Positions 35,696 through 48,100 of a stretch of DNA of 64,000 nt are shown in pieces. The translations under genes were made by a program, and so were the position numbers. Every line of letters starts with the position of its first letter. The stretch's first letter is position 1. Location of the stretch: NCBI GenBank assembly GCA_964188305.1, contig OZ076888.1; one strand, written 5' to 3'. This DNA comes from Podarcis bocagei. Its lineage: Eukaryota. The notes under the pieces are model-generated. The model did not search any database. It saw only the letters and a program-made list of their open reading frames with translations, and was not told the DNA's origin.

Positions 35696-36103
35696 TGTGA
35701 TGGGATGATGAGCTGCTTGTGCGTAAAATCCTAGTCCCTCAGAGTTTGGTTAAGTCCGCAAACCTCTGTCTGTAACGGAGCCCCTTAAGCATGGCTCCGT
35801 CAGTCGCTGGCAGATTCCGACAGTGGTTGCTTACGGAATCTCTTCCAACATAAAAGCTCCTTAACGGAAACGCGTCTTCTGGACTCTCGGCGTGACAGTT
35901 TCCGGTGAGGAGTGGGTGTCCCTATAGGAGGTCCTGAAACCTCCCCACTGTTTTCGCTGGAAGTGTCTCTGAGCCATCCCTCCTGCTCACTTTCCCTCGG
36001 AGCTCCTCCTCTCCCCCTGCTGGTTCCCTCTTCAGCTGCTGAGTCTCTCCCAACCTCTGTGAGCCCTTCCACCTCCTGTCCTTCCGATGGCAGTTCCCTG
36101 ACA
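35696..36103 (-). mobile_element. Solo LTR (Gypsy-like), diverged relative of 3865-4287, with conserved Arg-rich ORF
   Basis: TGTCAGGGAA...CATCACA on minus; perfect 5-bp TSD CATGC at 35691-35695 and 36104-36108. Confidence 0.85.
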
Positions 36104-37811
36104 CATGCCATCCTCTTTTATATCAGTTTTGTGCCTGGCAAAGGCCTTCTTATTTTTCCAGGCCTTTTAAATTATGCTATGGGTCTTAATATTGTTTTAG
36201 CTGCATTGTTGTTGTTTCATTCCTCTGTTCCCTGCTTTTAATTTATCTGCCTTGATCTTAATTGGTGTGTTTTGTTTGCTGTGTTTTATTGTAACATGGT
36301 TTTCTAATCTTACTGTTTTACTCTGTAAGCCACCCAGATAACTTTTTGTTGTGGGACAACCTATAAATAGGATGCATGAATAAATAGTGACATTATTTCA
36401 TTAGCATTTTTGAATTAATGCAGGAACAGTATTTCAGTTTTTGCATTCCTGTTTAGTGAACTTCATACTCCAAATCAAAATACTTGGAGAGGAGTTGAAG
36501 CTTAATGCCCCCTTTCTTTGAAATCTGCATCGTGACTGCAGCTTAGGGGTAGATAATGTGTTCTGTGTACAGAAGGTACCAATTTCAATGTCTGGCATCA
36601 CTAGTTATAAAAGCTTTAGGTTGCATGTACTGTGAAAGATCTCTTCCTTAGACCCTGGACAGCCACTGCCATTTGGAATAGATAGTACCCACCCTGGCTG
36701 AAACAGCCACCTAAATAGTGGAAGTTTTTAGTGGCAGTGGTGGAACACTGATGCTTCCCTTGTCTCTCTCTTAAGTTGTCTAGCTTATCTGTTTGCTGGT
36801 TGCTCCTTCTCTCACTTGTTCTCCTGTGGGGGAAAGTGACTATGGCTGTCTCTAATCCACTGTTTCCCCACCCCAGAAGGCAATGGCAGTGGCACTATGT
36901 CAAGAGTAGTGCCATTGCCATTGCTTTCAGGGAAAAGGTTTAAAAAACCACAGGGAATCTCTATGGATAAAAACAACTCCACAGGATTCACATTCCACTG
37001 GCTGGAAGGTGACTGAACTTGCCCCTCACTACCCCTCCCCCACATGGTAACTTTGAAAATGTAAGTTCGGTGGATCCATGCAATTTGAAACCAATTTCCG
37101 AATGGTCAAATAGTTTCTTCCTTTTTTATACTTTGATTCACTTCCCACCACCAAGTTCTTCTTAAGTCAGTTGCGTAGTTCTCAGTAAAGGTCGGCTTGG
37201 CTTGCAGAACTGGTTGCATTCTGAAGCAAGGTTGACAAGCTCATAATTCTAATTAATAGTTTGTTGCTAGAGGGTGTCACTGCAATTGCCATAGGTTCAT
37301 TGAGTTTGCATGCTTTTTTATCATTGCTTTAGCACTTCTTTCAGGCATGTCTGTGGTGCCTACTTTTCCTGAGTCAGAATCATGAAATCACTAAAACTGA
37401 AGTTCAAAATCTTTCGTTGGATCTTGTGCTTTTGCACACCAAGGCCTCCTGCATAGAAACTTCTTGTAATCATTGGTGATAGAAGCTCTGTTGTGAAGAG
37501 CTTTCCCTCAGAAGGACAGATGGATGGAGGCATTTTTCTTTTCAAGTGTTTAAGGTTGCTATACCAACTAGATGTTTTATTTACTGTCATATTCATAGCT
37601 GTAACACTCCAGCTCGTCACTGAATCAAGGCTGAACTTCTGCTGCAAAGCGAGGCATGATGCCTTTTTTTTTTATTCATTCTGCATATTTAAAAATGGAA
37701 TTTAGAAGTGTCTTGTTGGCAGCTAAGTGCAGAAGAACACTGCACTGCAGGACACAATTTGAGACACAGATGTGGAAATTTGCCCTTACGGTAGGGATGG
37801 GCAAGCCTTCT

Positions 37812-40119
37812 GAAGTGCCATGGTCAGATCACTTCCTGGTGCAACTGGACTTCTCTGCGACCCATCCCCTCTGCAGGGAGGTGGGACCAATTCGGATGGT
37901 CCGCCCCCGCCACTTAAAGGATCCAAATGGTTTCCAGAGAGTGGTAGGGGATGCTTTATCCCATGTTGATGGCCTTTCAGCTGATTCCCTGGTGGCCCGC
38001 TGGAATGTGGAGTTAACCAGGGCTATTGACTGTTTGGCTCCGAAGCGCCCTCTCCGATTGCATGGAGCCCGGACAGCCCCGTGGTTTTCCACGGATCTGA
38101 GGGCAATGAAACAATCGTTGAGACGGCTAGAGCGCCGGTGGCGGATAACTCATTCCGAATCTGACCGGACACAGGTTAGAGCTCAACGTCGAGCCTACCA
38201 AGTGGCGATAGCGACGGCGAAGAAGAATTTCTTCACCGCCTCTATTGCATCTGCAGAAAACAGCAGCAGGAGACTTTTTCAGGTGGTTCACAATTTAGCG
38301 GAACCACCTGCAACATCGGGGCCCCGTACGGGCCACATGTTCTCCTGCAATGACTTTGCAAAGTTTTTTGCAGATAAAATCGCTCAGATTCGGGAAGAAG
38401 TAGATTCCACCGTGGGAGCAGGACCGGGGCGGGAGAGTGCTAGAGTTCTGTCTAGTCAAGTTGAGTGGGATCAATTCCAATCTATTACCTCCGAGGATGT
38501 GGACAGGCTGCTTGGACGAGTGAAACCAACCACCTGTCTCCTGGATCCTTGCCCATCCTGGCTTATAAAAGCTAGCCGGGAAGGACTGGGTGATGGGCTT
38601 CGTGGGGTGGTGAATGCTTCCCTCCGTGAGGAAGCCTTCCCAGACCCGCTGAAAGAGGCGGTTATTAAACCGCTTCTTAAAAAACCATCTTTAGATGCGG
38701 CCACGATGGCCAACTATCGCCCAGTCTCAAATCTTCCATTCTTGGGCAAGGTGATTGAGCGAGTGGTTGCTGAACAACTCCAGGCACGCCTGGAAGAAGC
38801 GGACCATTTGGATCCCTTCCAATCGGGATTCAGGCCTCATCATGGGACTGAAACTGCCTTGGTCGCACTGGTTGATGATCTCCGGCGGGCTAGGGACAAA
38901 GGTGAGAGCTGTTTCCTAGTTCTGCTGGATCTCTCAGCGGCATTTGATACCATCGACCATAGCATCCTTCTGGACCGTCCTGAGGGGCTGGGAGCTGGGG
39001 GCACTGTTATACAGTGGTTCCGCTCCTTCCTCCTGGGCCGTGTTCAGAAAGTGGTGGTGGGGGATGAGTGTTCAGACCCCTGGGCTCTCACTTGTGGGGT
39101 GCCTCAGGGTTCTGTCCTCTCCCCCATGCTTTTCAACATTTACATGCAGCCGCTGGGAGAGATCATCAGGAGGTTTGGGCTGGGTGTTCATCAGTATGCG
39201 GATGATACCCAGCTCTACCTCTCTTTTAAATCAGAACCAGTGAAGGCGGTGAAGGTCCTGCGTGAGTGTCTGGAGGCGGTTGGAAGATGGATGGCGGCTA
39301 ACAGATTGAGGTTGAATCCTGACAAGACAGAAGTACTGTTTTTGGGGGACAGGAGGCGGGCAGGTGTGGAGGATTCCCTGGTCCTGAATGGGGTAACTGT
39401 GCCCCTGAAGGACCAGGTGCGCAGCCTGGGAGTCATTTTGGACTCACAGCTGTCCATGGAGGCACAGGTCAAATCTGTGTCCAGGGCAGCTGTTTACCAG
39501 CTCCATCTGGTACATAGGCTGAGACCCTATCTGCCTATCTGCCAGAGTGGTGCATGCTCTGGTTATCTCCCGCTTGGACTACTGCAATGCACTCTACGTG
39601 GGGCTACCTTTGAAGGTGACTCGGAAACTACAACTAATCCAGAATGCGGCAGCTAGACTGGTGACTGGGGGCGGCCGCCGAGACCATATAACACCGGTCT
39701 TGAAAGACCTACATTGGCTCCCAGTACGTTTCCGAGCACAATTCAAAATGTTGGTGCTGACCTTTAAAGCCCTAAACGGCCTCGGTCCAGTATACCTGAA
39801 GGAGCGTCTCCACCCCCATCATTCTGCCCGGACGCTGAGGTCCAGCGCCGAGGGCCTTCTGGCGGTTCCCTCATTGCGAGAAGCCAAGCTACAGGGAACC
39901 AGGCAGAGGGCCTTCTCAGTAGTGGCGCCCGCCCTGTGGAACGCCCTTCCAGCAGATGTCAAAGCGATAAACAACTACCTGTCATTCAGAAGACATCTTA
40001 AGGCAGCCCTGTTCAGGGAAGTTTTTAACGTGTGATATTTTACTGTATTTTTGGTTTTTATGGAAGCCACCCAGAGTGGCTGGGGAGGCCCAGCCAGATG
40101 GGCGGGGTATAAATAATAA

Positions 40120-40170
<51 letters not shown>
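37812..40170 (+). mobile_element. Young 5'-truncated L2-clade LINE (end of APE domain, RT, C-terminus, 3' UTR, (ATT)n tail) with one frameshift
   Basis: WSDH; NYRPVSNLPFLGKVIE; FQSGFR..HGTETAL; LLDLSAAFDT; GVPQGSVLSP; QYADDTQLY; after a small deletion near 39540 it continues LVISRLDYCNALY..DHITPVLKDLHWLPV. Confidence 0.95.
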
Positions 40171-41078
40171 GCATTGGGTTGGGGTGTGGATGTTTTGTTA
40201 TTTAGTTTTTGAATTTCTCCTGATAGTGGCTGGAAACAGTTGCAGGGGGAATCCTGAGTCCATCTGATGACCATCCCAGTCCTACCAAAAAGGCATACTG
40301 TTCTTCCAGGTCCCAGTCTTAAAAAGCAGCCTTGGAGCCACACATGGGGTGAAACAAGTCCTGTTGCATGTACAGAACACAGTGCATGGTACTTCAGATC
40401 CTGGCCGCTATCTTTGAAATACAGTTCAGTCCTGCACACACATTCTTGGAAGTATGCCCATCAAGCTTAATGGGACTTGCTCTCAAGTGACTATGCATAA
40501 GATTGCAGCAGGGAGGTGCAAGGTCAGGGGGGTTATTTTCAGCAAAGTGTCTTAAGGACTGAAGCCTTAGGCTGCAATCTTATGATACTTATCTGGGAGT
40601 GAGTCTCATTGAATTCTGAGTTTGTGGCAAGCTGTGCTGTTTAACACATTCGAAAGTACTGTAGCTCCTAGTGGATCTTTGTTGACATGGCAAATAAGAT
40701 TAATGCCTGGTGAAAGGATAATAGAAAGCACCTAAGGCTGACAACATGTCCTATATTCCTAAGTGTTGACTGGATGATACCAGATAGGCAGCATTGGCTC
40801 AGATGGTTCTACACATGTGTTCTGTGCAACATCAGGGAAGGAATGAGAAGAAGTGCTTACAAAGTGATTGACTGCCAGATATTGCTAATCAGCATCTTCT
40901 AGCACTACTACTATCCAACTACTATCCAACTTCTAGCACTATGCTACTATAGCAGAGGAAGTAGCAAAACCTGATGGTTGCTACCAAGTTTAAACTTTGT
41001 ATTTGTAAGCATCTCCAACTCCTCTCACTCAATTTTTGGTTGAGAGAAATAAAAGTAGACAATGTGTACATTTCACAG

Positions 41079-41206
41079 CAAGTAGAGGATCTTTGGCCTT
41101 CCGGATGCTGCTGAACTACAACTCCCATCATCCCTGGCCATGCCTGCTGGGTTGATGGAAGTTGGACTTCAGCAACATCTGGAAGGCCAAGGCTTCTGCA
41201 CACCTG
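41079..41206. mobile_element. Degenerate hAT-type palindromic MITE related to 2306-2440
   Basis: GGCCTTCCGGATG..ACTACAACTCCCATCA...CATCTGGAAGGCC palindromic core. Confidence 0.65.
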
Positions 41207-42004
41207 TTTTACAGAATAGTAAAAAATAACTATCTTTAATCAGAGGTACCAAATTGTAACCTTACAAACTACTGTACTTTACAAGTGTAGAAATTTTGAA
41301 ATTGCGTAAAAATGTGACTCTCCTCCATTGTTTATGTGCAAAATTTCCAATTATTGACCTGCTAAAAGGCAACTTGAGTCACGATGCAGAAGAAATACTT
41401 AGCCTATCCAATCAAAGATGATACACCCATATCACAATACTACTTTTACCACTACAGTGCACACCTTTTGGGGAAGACTAAACTGGAATCAACCAGTTCT
41501 GCTGGCTTCTGTGTAAGTCACTTCTACCTTGGTTTTCTTCCCTTGAAAATGCCTCATTACTACAAATTATCATTGTTTATGACTAAATGGCTTGCCTGCT
41601 GTTATGGAAAATATGTTGTTCAGAATGAAAATATACATAATGCAAGGAGGGATCATTGGAAACTGCTCTCCAAATGAACAACCATATGTCACAGATCATG
41701 TATTCATATTTTGGGAAGGAACTGTCAACATAATTAGTGCTGGCTTATGTATTCAGTAGCAATCAATTGCCAATGAACAAAGCAAGATGGAAATGCAAAA
41801 ATGTTGAATCAGATGAGGAAATTAGAGGCTCTGGGTATGAGCCTATTCTGTCATTTTGAGCCAGGGGTTTTAGCTCTGCAAGCTAAAATGGGACCATTGT
41901 CCTTTAAGCTGCAAGAACCTGATGCCAACTCCATTGACTAAGTTGCTGAAATGCATCTGATGCAACATGGGCATGGATGTAGACTGATGAACAGATAAGT
42001 TCCG

Positions 42005-42146
42005 TGAATCATAGAATCATGGATTTATAGGGACAACAAGGGTTGTCTAGCCCAAACTCCAGCAATGCAGGAATCTTTTGTCCAACATGAGACTCAAACC
42101 CACAACTCTGAGATTAAGAGTCTCATGCTCTACTGACTGAGCTATA
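42005..42146 (-). mobile_element. tRNA-Lys-derived SINE with CR1-type tail
   Basis: Minus strand ATAGCTCAGTCAGTAGAGCATGAGACTCTTAATCTCAG is tRNA-Lys(CTT)-like but degenerate; (ATTCTATG)-type tail. Confidence 0.7.
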
Positions 42147-45100
42147 GCTCTCAGAACAGATATGGATACATTTTCACAGTCTCAGAGAGTTGGACCTGAC
42201 TTAGAAAGATTCTATGACTGAAATAATTGCATCATTTTAGAGGTATGGTGAACAGTGTTGTTGGAATTGTGCACCTTTAATGTGGTTGGCTTTACAATAA
42301 GATTAGAAAAATTCATGGAGGGTACTACTAGCCTCAGTGGCTAGTAGCCACAATGACTATGTTCAATCAATACAATCAAGTCACCATGAAGTCTACACAT
42401 TAATTCCAAACCTAGTTCTGTGTATGTTTGCTGAGTGAGGGAACTACAATAGTGAAATACAGTTGTATCAACATACTTTACTGAACACATAACTTTCCTT
42501 GCTTACATATTTATTCTTGAAAACTCAATCAAAAAATTATTTCAAATGAAACAAACTCAATTCTTTGTTTCTAATTACATAACTGTCTACTACTAGAAAT
42601 ACCACACTATCCATCTCAGGTGGTCTATGTAGGCACAAGAAGATATCAGCTCATCCTGCAGTGAATGGGTACTTCCAAGAGATAATTTCTCTCTTCCTCA
42701 GAGAAATGTCCTCTATCCCAAGGGCCCTCATTCTCCAGGAGAGACCAGGATTTGTCATCTAGGAATTGGGACTATCATGCCTCCATAGTTGGAATCCTCT
42801 CTGCCTTCCTCAGCTCAGCTCAAGGGACTAAATATTCAATGAGAGCCAAAATTCCTTTGCACTGAACACATACCCAAGACTTCTGCCCAGCAGGCAGATC
42901 ATTGTTCATGTGACACTATGCAATACACTAGATAGCCACACAGGATGGCTTTCTACCTTCATAACTGTTCTTTGTTTACTGGGCTTGCTCATGAGGGAAA
43001 AAAGACTTTTAATCTTTTATGGCCTTTTAAAAAACTGTTTTATGCTGCTTGAGTTTTACTGCCTTATTAATTGTTGTTTTATAGGGTCTTTTGAAATATA
43101 AATTGTACTTTTAACTGAATTTTATTGTAAATTGCCCTGAGAATTACATTAAAGGGTGGCACAGAAATAAAACAATAATAAATAAATAAGCACCAACAAA
43201 GAAAGATTTGGGCTAAATGAAAATGAGGGGTGTGCTTGAACGTCACATACACTAATAGCAAAATAATTCTCCATGTACCAGTCTTTAAGCAGCCAAAAAC
43301 CCCCACCATGCATTCAGAATAAAGAAGAATCGGAACCATTGTTTGCAGAAACACACAAGCACAAGTGGGTGGGATGCAGAACCCATCTGTATGGGAGGGA
43401 GGGGCCAAAACAGCCTAGGTAAGACTGAGCATGCTCCATGGCCACAGAGTCGTGACATTCTGTTGCCAGGGTTGGAGACTGAAATGGGGAGAAGGTTTAA
43501 ATGGAGTAGCCTGGAACAGGAGCATTCCAGATTGAAAAATCTTGTTGCAGGTCCTACTTGTCATTTCTATATTTTTGGCAGCAAACATATCTCTGTATAG
43601 TGTTGCCCAGTAGCCTCCTGTACAAGTTGAACAGATATAAAACCCTGTGGGAAACAGAAATGTCCAGGAATATGATATGTCATCATAGGGCCCTTGGGGA
43701 TATTCTTGCTAAGAATAAACTAGACCACTTCAGAAGAGTCCTATTAAAACTCACTCTTGCAGTGGACTGACCGACAAATCTTTGCACGTCTTTATTACTT
43801 ATTTATTATACTGGTATTCCTCCTTTCATCCAAGAAGCTCAATGCAGCATACAGGACATGTTCCTGCCTCCCAGTTTTTGTTTCCTCGGCAACCCTGTGA
43901 GGCAGGTTGGATTAAAAGAAAATGAGCCAAAGCGAGCTGCAGATTCAACTGAGAATTTGAACTTGTTCCCCATTCCCTGAACCTTGCCTGATTCTCTCAT
44001 CACTATTGGCATTAAAAACTGCAGAAAATTACTGTATACCAAGGACAGAGGGATATCATTTTTCCCTATCTGTCTCTAAGAATACTTTCTAGGAATTAAT
44101 TTATTCCCGTGAAGTCAACTACTGGGTTTTATTAGCAAAAGCCAATAAAATGACTCCCACTGGCACATCAGGGATTTCTCCCCTTTCCTCCCCAATGTGC
44201 CCCCACACCTCCCTCAAATTTCCTCTGAAAGGTTGGGGGGGGGACCCAGAACATCATGAGTGAGGCAGGGGGAAGGAGAGAGAGTTCCATCAGGCCAACA
44301 GAAATGCATGCAGTGATGGAACTAATCTCCTTAGCACTGTGTTGAATTCCGCCCTCTGGGTTCTAGTTCAAGGGATCAGTCAAAGCACATTCAGCAGGCT
44401 TTCCCCTTTCAGAATTTTACCCAACATGTGAACAGCATAAAGGAGGAGCCTGGCAGGAACATGGAAGCGGGTTCAATTGCAACTGAACCTGCTGTCCCTC
44501 CCCAAAGTGAACATCTCTGACAACTGCAATGAGGATGTTAGAAGGTTTAAGGTCAATGAGTGGAGATAAACAGCAACTGAATGTGCTCAGATGCCTATAT
44601 TGGCATTTTCAGAGCAAGTTGAGTCTTGAATGTAAAGAGATTTGGGCACTTGGGACCTGAATTCAAATTTCCCCACAGACTCACAGTGTGGCCTAAGACT
44701 TTCAGCCTCACTTTGCTGTCTATAAAGTAGAAATAACTGATCTTTCTCAGAAGGATGTTTTAGACTTCGGTGAGATAAGTGCTGCCAATGATTTTACACA
44801 CATGCTGTAAGAAACTATGAATAACAAATATTTTAATAATAAACCAGATGAATCGGAACATAAGGGATTTCTATTGAAATCCATTTACTTTTGTACCAAT
44901 ACATTAACATTAATTGACTTTATCTAGACACTTTAGAAGATAAGCACCCTTAAGGTGCATTTAAAATCCATATCTGCCATTGTCATTTTCAAGTACAGTA
45001 CCTTCTTTTAAAAAAATCTTCCCTAAGTAATAACTTTTATTACAAGAAAGCAGAAGGGAACTAACAAGCCTAAATTGCTATAGGAAAAGCTTGTACTATT

Positions 45101-48100
45101 TAATGAAGCAGAAATGATATCTTTATTTAAGCAGTGTGTAAATGTCGGTATGAATCCACTTGCCATACAAAGTATGTTCAGGTAAATTGGAGTTGCAAAA
45201 TTTTGCTGATTACAAATCTGAATGTGGCCCAATCCACCATTATGAAGGGGCAGTGGAGAGGAGAGGAAAAACACTTCTTTCTCTCCTTTGCCCCTGCTCC
45301 GCGGCTGTTGTGGTGGGGAGCAGTAAAAGGGAATCACTTTCCTTCATTGGGTTTTTCCATATTTATTTATCCTTCCCCAAAACAGCTGTGATTGGAGAAC
45401 CACAGTAAACCTTCCCCTCTGATTGAAAGCAGGACATCCTTTTATCTCCTGCTCAGCAGACATTTCCTTTATGCACTGTAAATTTCCTGTACAGAAAGCC
45501 CAACCTTTATCCCACCCCAGCCTGACCTTTCCCTCATGATTAGAGAACAAGACATGGCAAGATATTATATGCATCTTAACTGCTGGTGTTTGACTGTAAT
45601 AAACTGATTGATTGATATATGTATCTTAGGAAGGCTTCTTAAATATATATAGGTAAGTTGAATTATGAAGTGCAACAAAGCACTGTATGTGATCCCTTTT
45701 GCTGTGCTGTCATACCTCTTGGGAGCTCCTCTTTACTTTGCTGAGATCCACCATAGTTCTCTCCTGCTTCTGCTCATGATTCATGGTTCATATAGAGCAG
45801 ATGCACACCTCTAGAAGCATCTCGCTGGCTCCAGCCAGGGGTAAAATACAAGGTTTTTCTTTCACGCAGGCAACAGTTTACATACCCATCGGTGTTTGAA
45901 TCAAGGCAACACTCTAACAGTAACATTGTACCTCAGGAAAACAGGGTTTCTCCATCTTATATGGTTTTATGATTATGTTGTATGCTGGGTAGATGAGCTA
46001 GATATAAATAAAACGTTGTTGTTTCATGCATGAGTAAAACTGTCAGTGCAGCAGCTCTCGAAATGAACAGGCTATATAGATTAACGAGGGAGGGGGAAAT
46101 CTGAAAGTTTTGTGTGAATTCCCACTTGTAGCAATAATCATTGCAAGCTGAACACTGATCTGCATAGCTCAAAGTTTACTAGTATTCCTCTGTGACAATA
46201 GGATAAAACCCCAAAACATATTGTTATAGCGACCATGTTCACAAACAGGAGTTGCATCCCAGATTGCCGAGGGAGTCAGTTTAATGCCTATCTGCTATTG
46301 TACTCCCCAGCTCAATTGTCAAAGAAGAACTGTTTCTTCTGTTTGCTATCAACCGCCTATCAAATTTCTCTGTGTTTTCTGAGAGCTTATTTATGAATAG
46401 TTGTTTTCCATTCTATAACCTGCTTGCTAACCCCTTTCTTGAATATTGATAGCAGCTTACTTTCCACCAGACTGGATTTTAAATATATGCTGTAGACAAG
46501 GAACAGGGCTGGAAATCGCTCCAGAACACAACAGCCAACTCTTGGATAAAGAAATGAGGATATATGCAATTGTCTGAAATATTTATTGGGTGTTTTGACC
46601 AAGCCTGCTAATTCACTGCTACAGCAGTGCTTGAATGCTTTGGCAGGGTGTTATAAAATTCATAAGTCACTTTCAAGAATGGACCACCCTGAATAATAAA
46701 GCTAACCTCTGGCTTGTTAAGCAAGGGCCCAGGGATAGGTTAGCAGTTTCTTCTCATTACATTATTTTGCCCATAAGAAAACTTGCATTTCTAGCTGAAG
46801 GTGTGTAAGAGACTGATCTGCAACAGGGGGGAAATCATCTGTTCAATCCTTTTGTGAAACCTTTCAAAATTCAGATGGAGTAACATCTTCACTTGTCATT
46901 TGTGGTGAAGATGTCTTGCATTTGTGCACTCTGGAGGGACGGGACTGGTAAAACTGCATATGGAGATTAGAAGTAATCTCCAATCAACCTGTTAAGCAAA
47001 AAAGACATGTGCTACAGTGCTTGCGGGACTGAACCATTTCAGAAAGCAAATGGCAGACTACATGTCTGAGTGTTTATTTTTCCTCCATGGGGGAAGGGGA
47101 ACAAATGCTAAAACCTTTCTGCCTGTAGAAAGCTAGTTTGTCAAGCAGATTGAAGGAGCATTCTCACTATTTCCTACCTACATTTTGAAATTGTGTGATC
47201 CCAGGAGTGCTGTACCGAACGCTTCCAAAATGTGTACACCGCAGTGTTAAGACTTAGTTTGCATGCCTGGTTCTGTCATTTTTCCTATAGAAGAGCAGCT
47301 TTGTAAAGGCCAGAGCTAGTCTGTCCAACAAGACTGCTATCTCCCACTGCAGGAATGACTTGCCATTTCACAGATATTTCCTTCCTCTGCACGTAGATGT
47401 GCATTTAGGATGGTGTACTACTTTCCCATCCCCCAGATGTGAATGTGGAGTTGGTGGCCATTTTGTGCCTATAATTAAATGTGTTTTACTAATATACATG
47501 CCTTTCCCCCCTTGTTGAACTTCTCCAAGACAGCTGTTAAACTGAGGCTCAAAGATAACCCCACATGACTAGAAGTTCTGCCACATGACTTAATGACATA
47601 TCATTCCCAAATGGGTGCCCTTTACCTTGGGAGATAAATGGAGTCCATTAAGGCCTTGTGACACTGACCTTCCACTGAGACATAGTTTAGAGGATTTTTC
47701 TTTTAGAGAGATCTTTCCATGCTTTGTGTATAAGATGTGCCAAGTTCCTTCAGGTGAGCGCTTTTGTAGGCTGGACATAGCAGAGTCTTTGGCATATTTG
47801 GATGACTTCATTAGCCATGTGATCAATACAACTATGTGATATGCCATCTATAGAACCTCAGCCATGCAGATCTTGTCTTGATACCTAAAATACCGAGTAA
47901 CAGACACACCACATACTTTAGGAAATTGCCAGAATTTTTTCTGCACCAGGCCCCTCTCAAGTGTATTGTGGATCTGAATGAGACAGAGGGAACCACTATT
48001 CAGATGAATGGCTTATGAATGAGTCTTAATATTCTGTAAATACAAATCTGAAGTCACTTTTTTGTTGTTGTTTCTTTCCCCCTTAACACCATCAGGAATT

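Noticed and set aside
37656-37811. N-terminal part of the 666-aa ORF as a true start of the LINE protein
   Set aside because: LINE homology starts near WSDH (~37812); the upstream codons are fortuitously open flanking DNA.
42080-42146. tRNA-Lys gene, and tRNA-Ile-like sequence at ~18400-18460
   Set aside because: Degenerate stems joined to CR1-type tails; these are SINE heads, not functional tRNAs.
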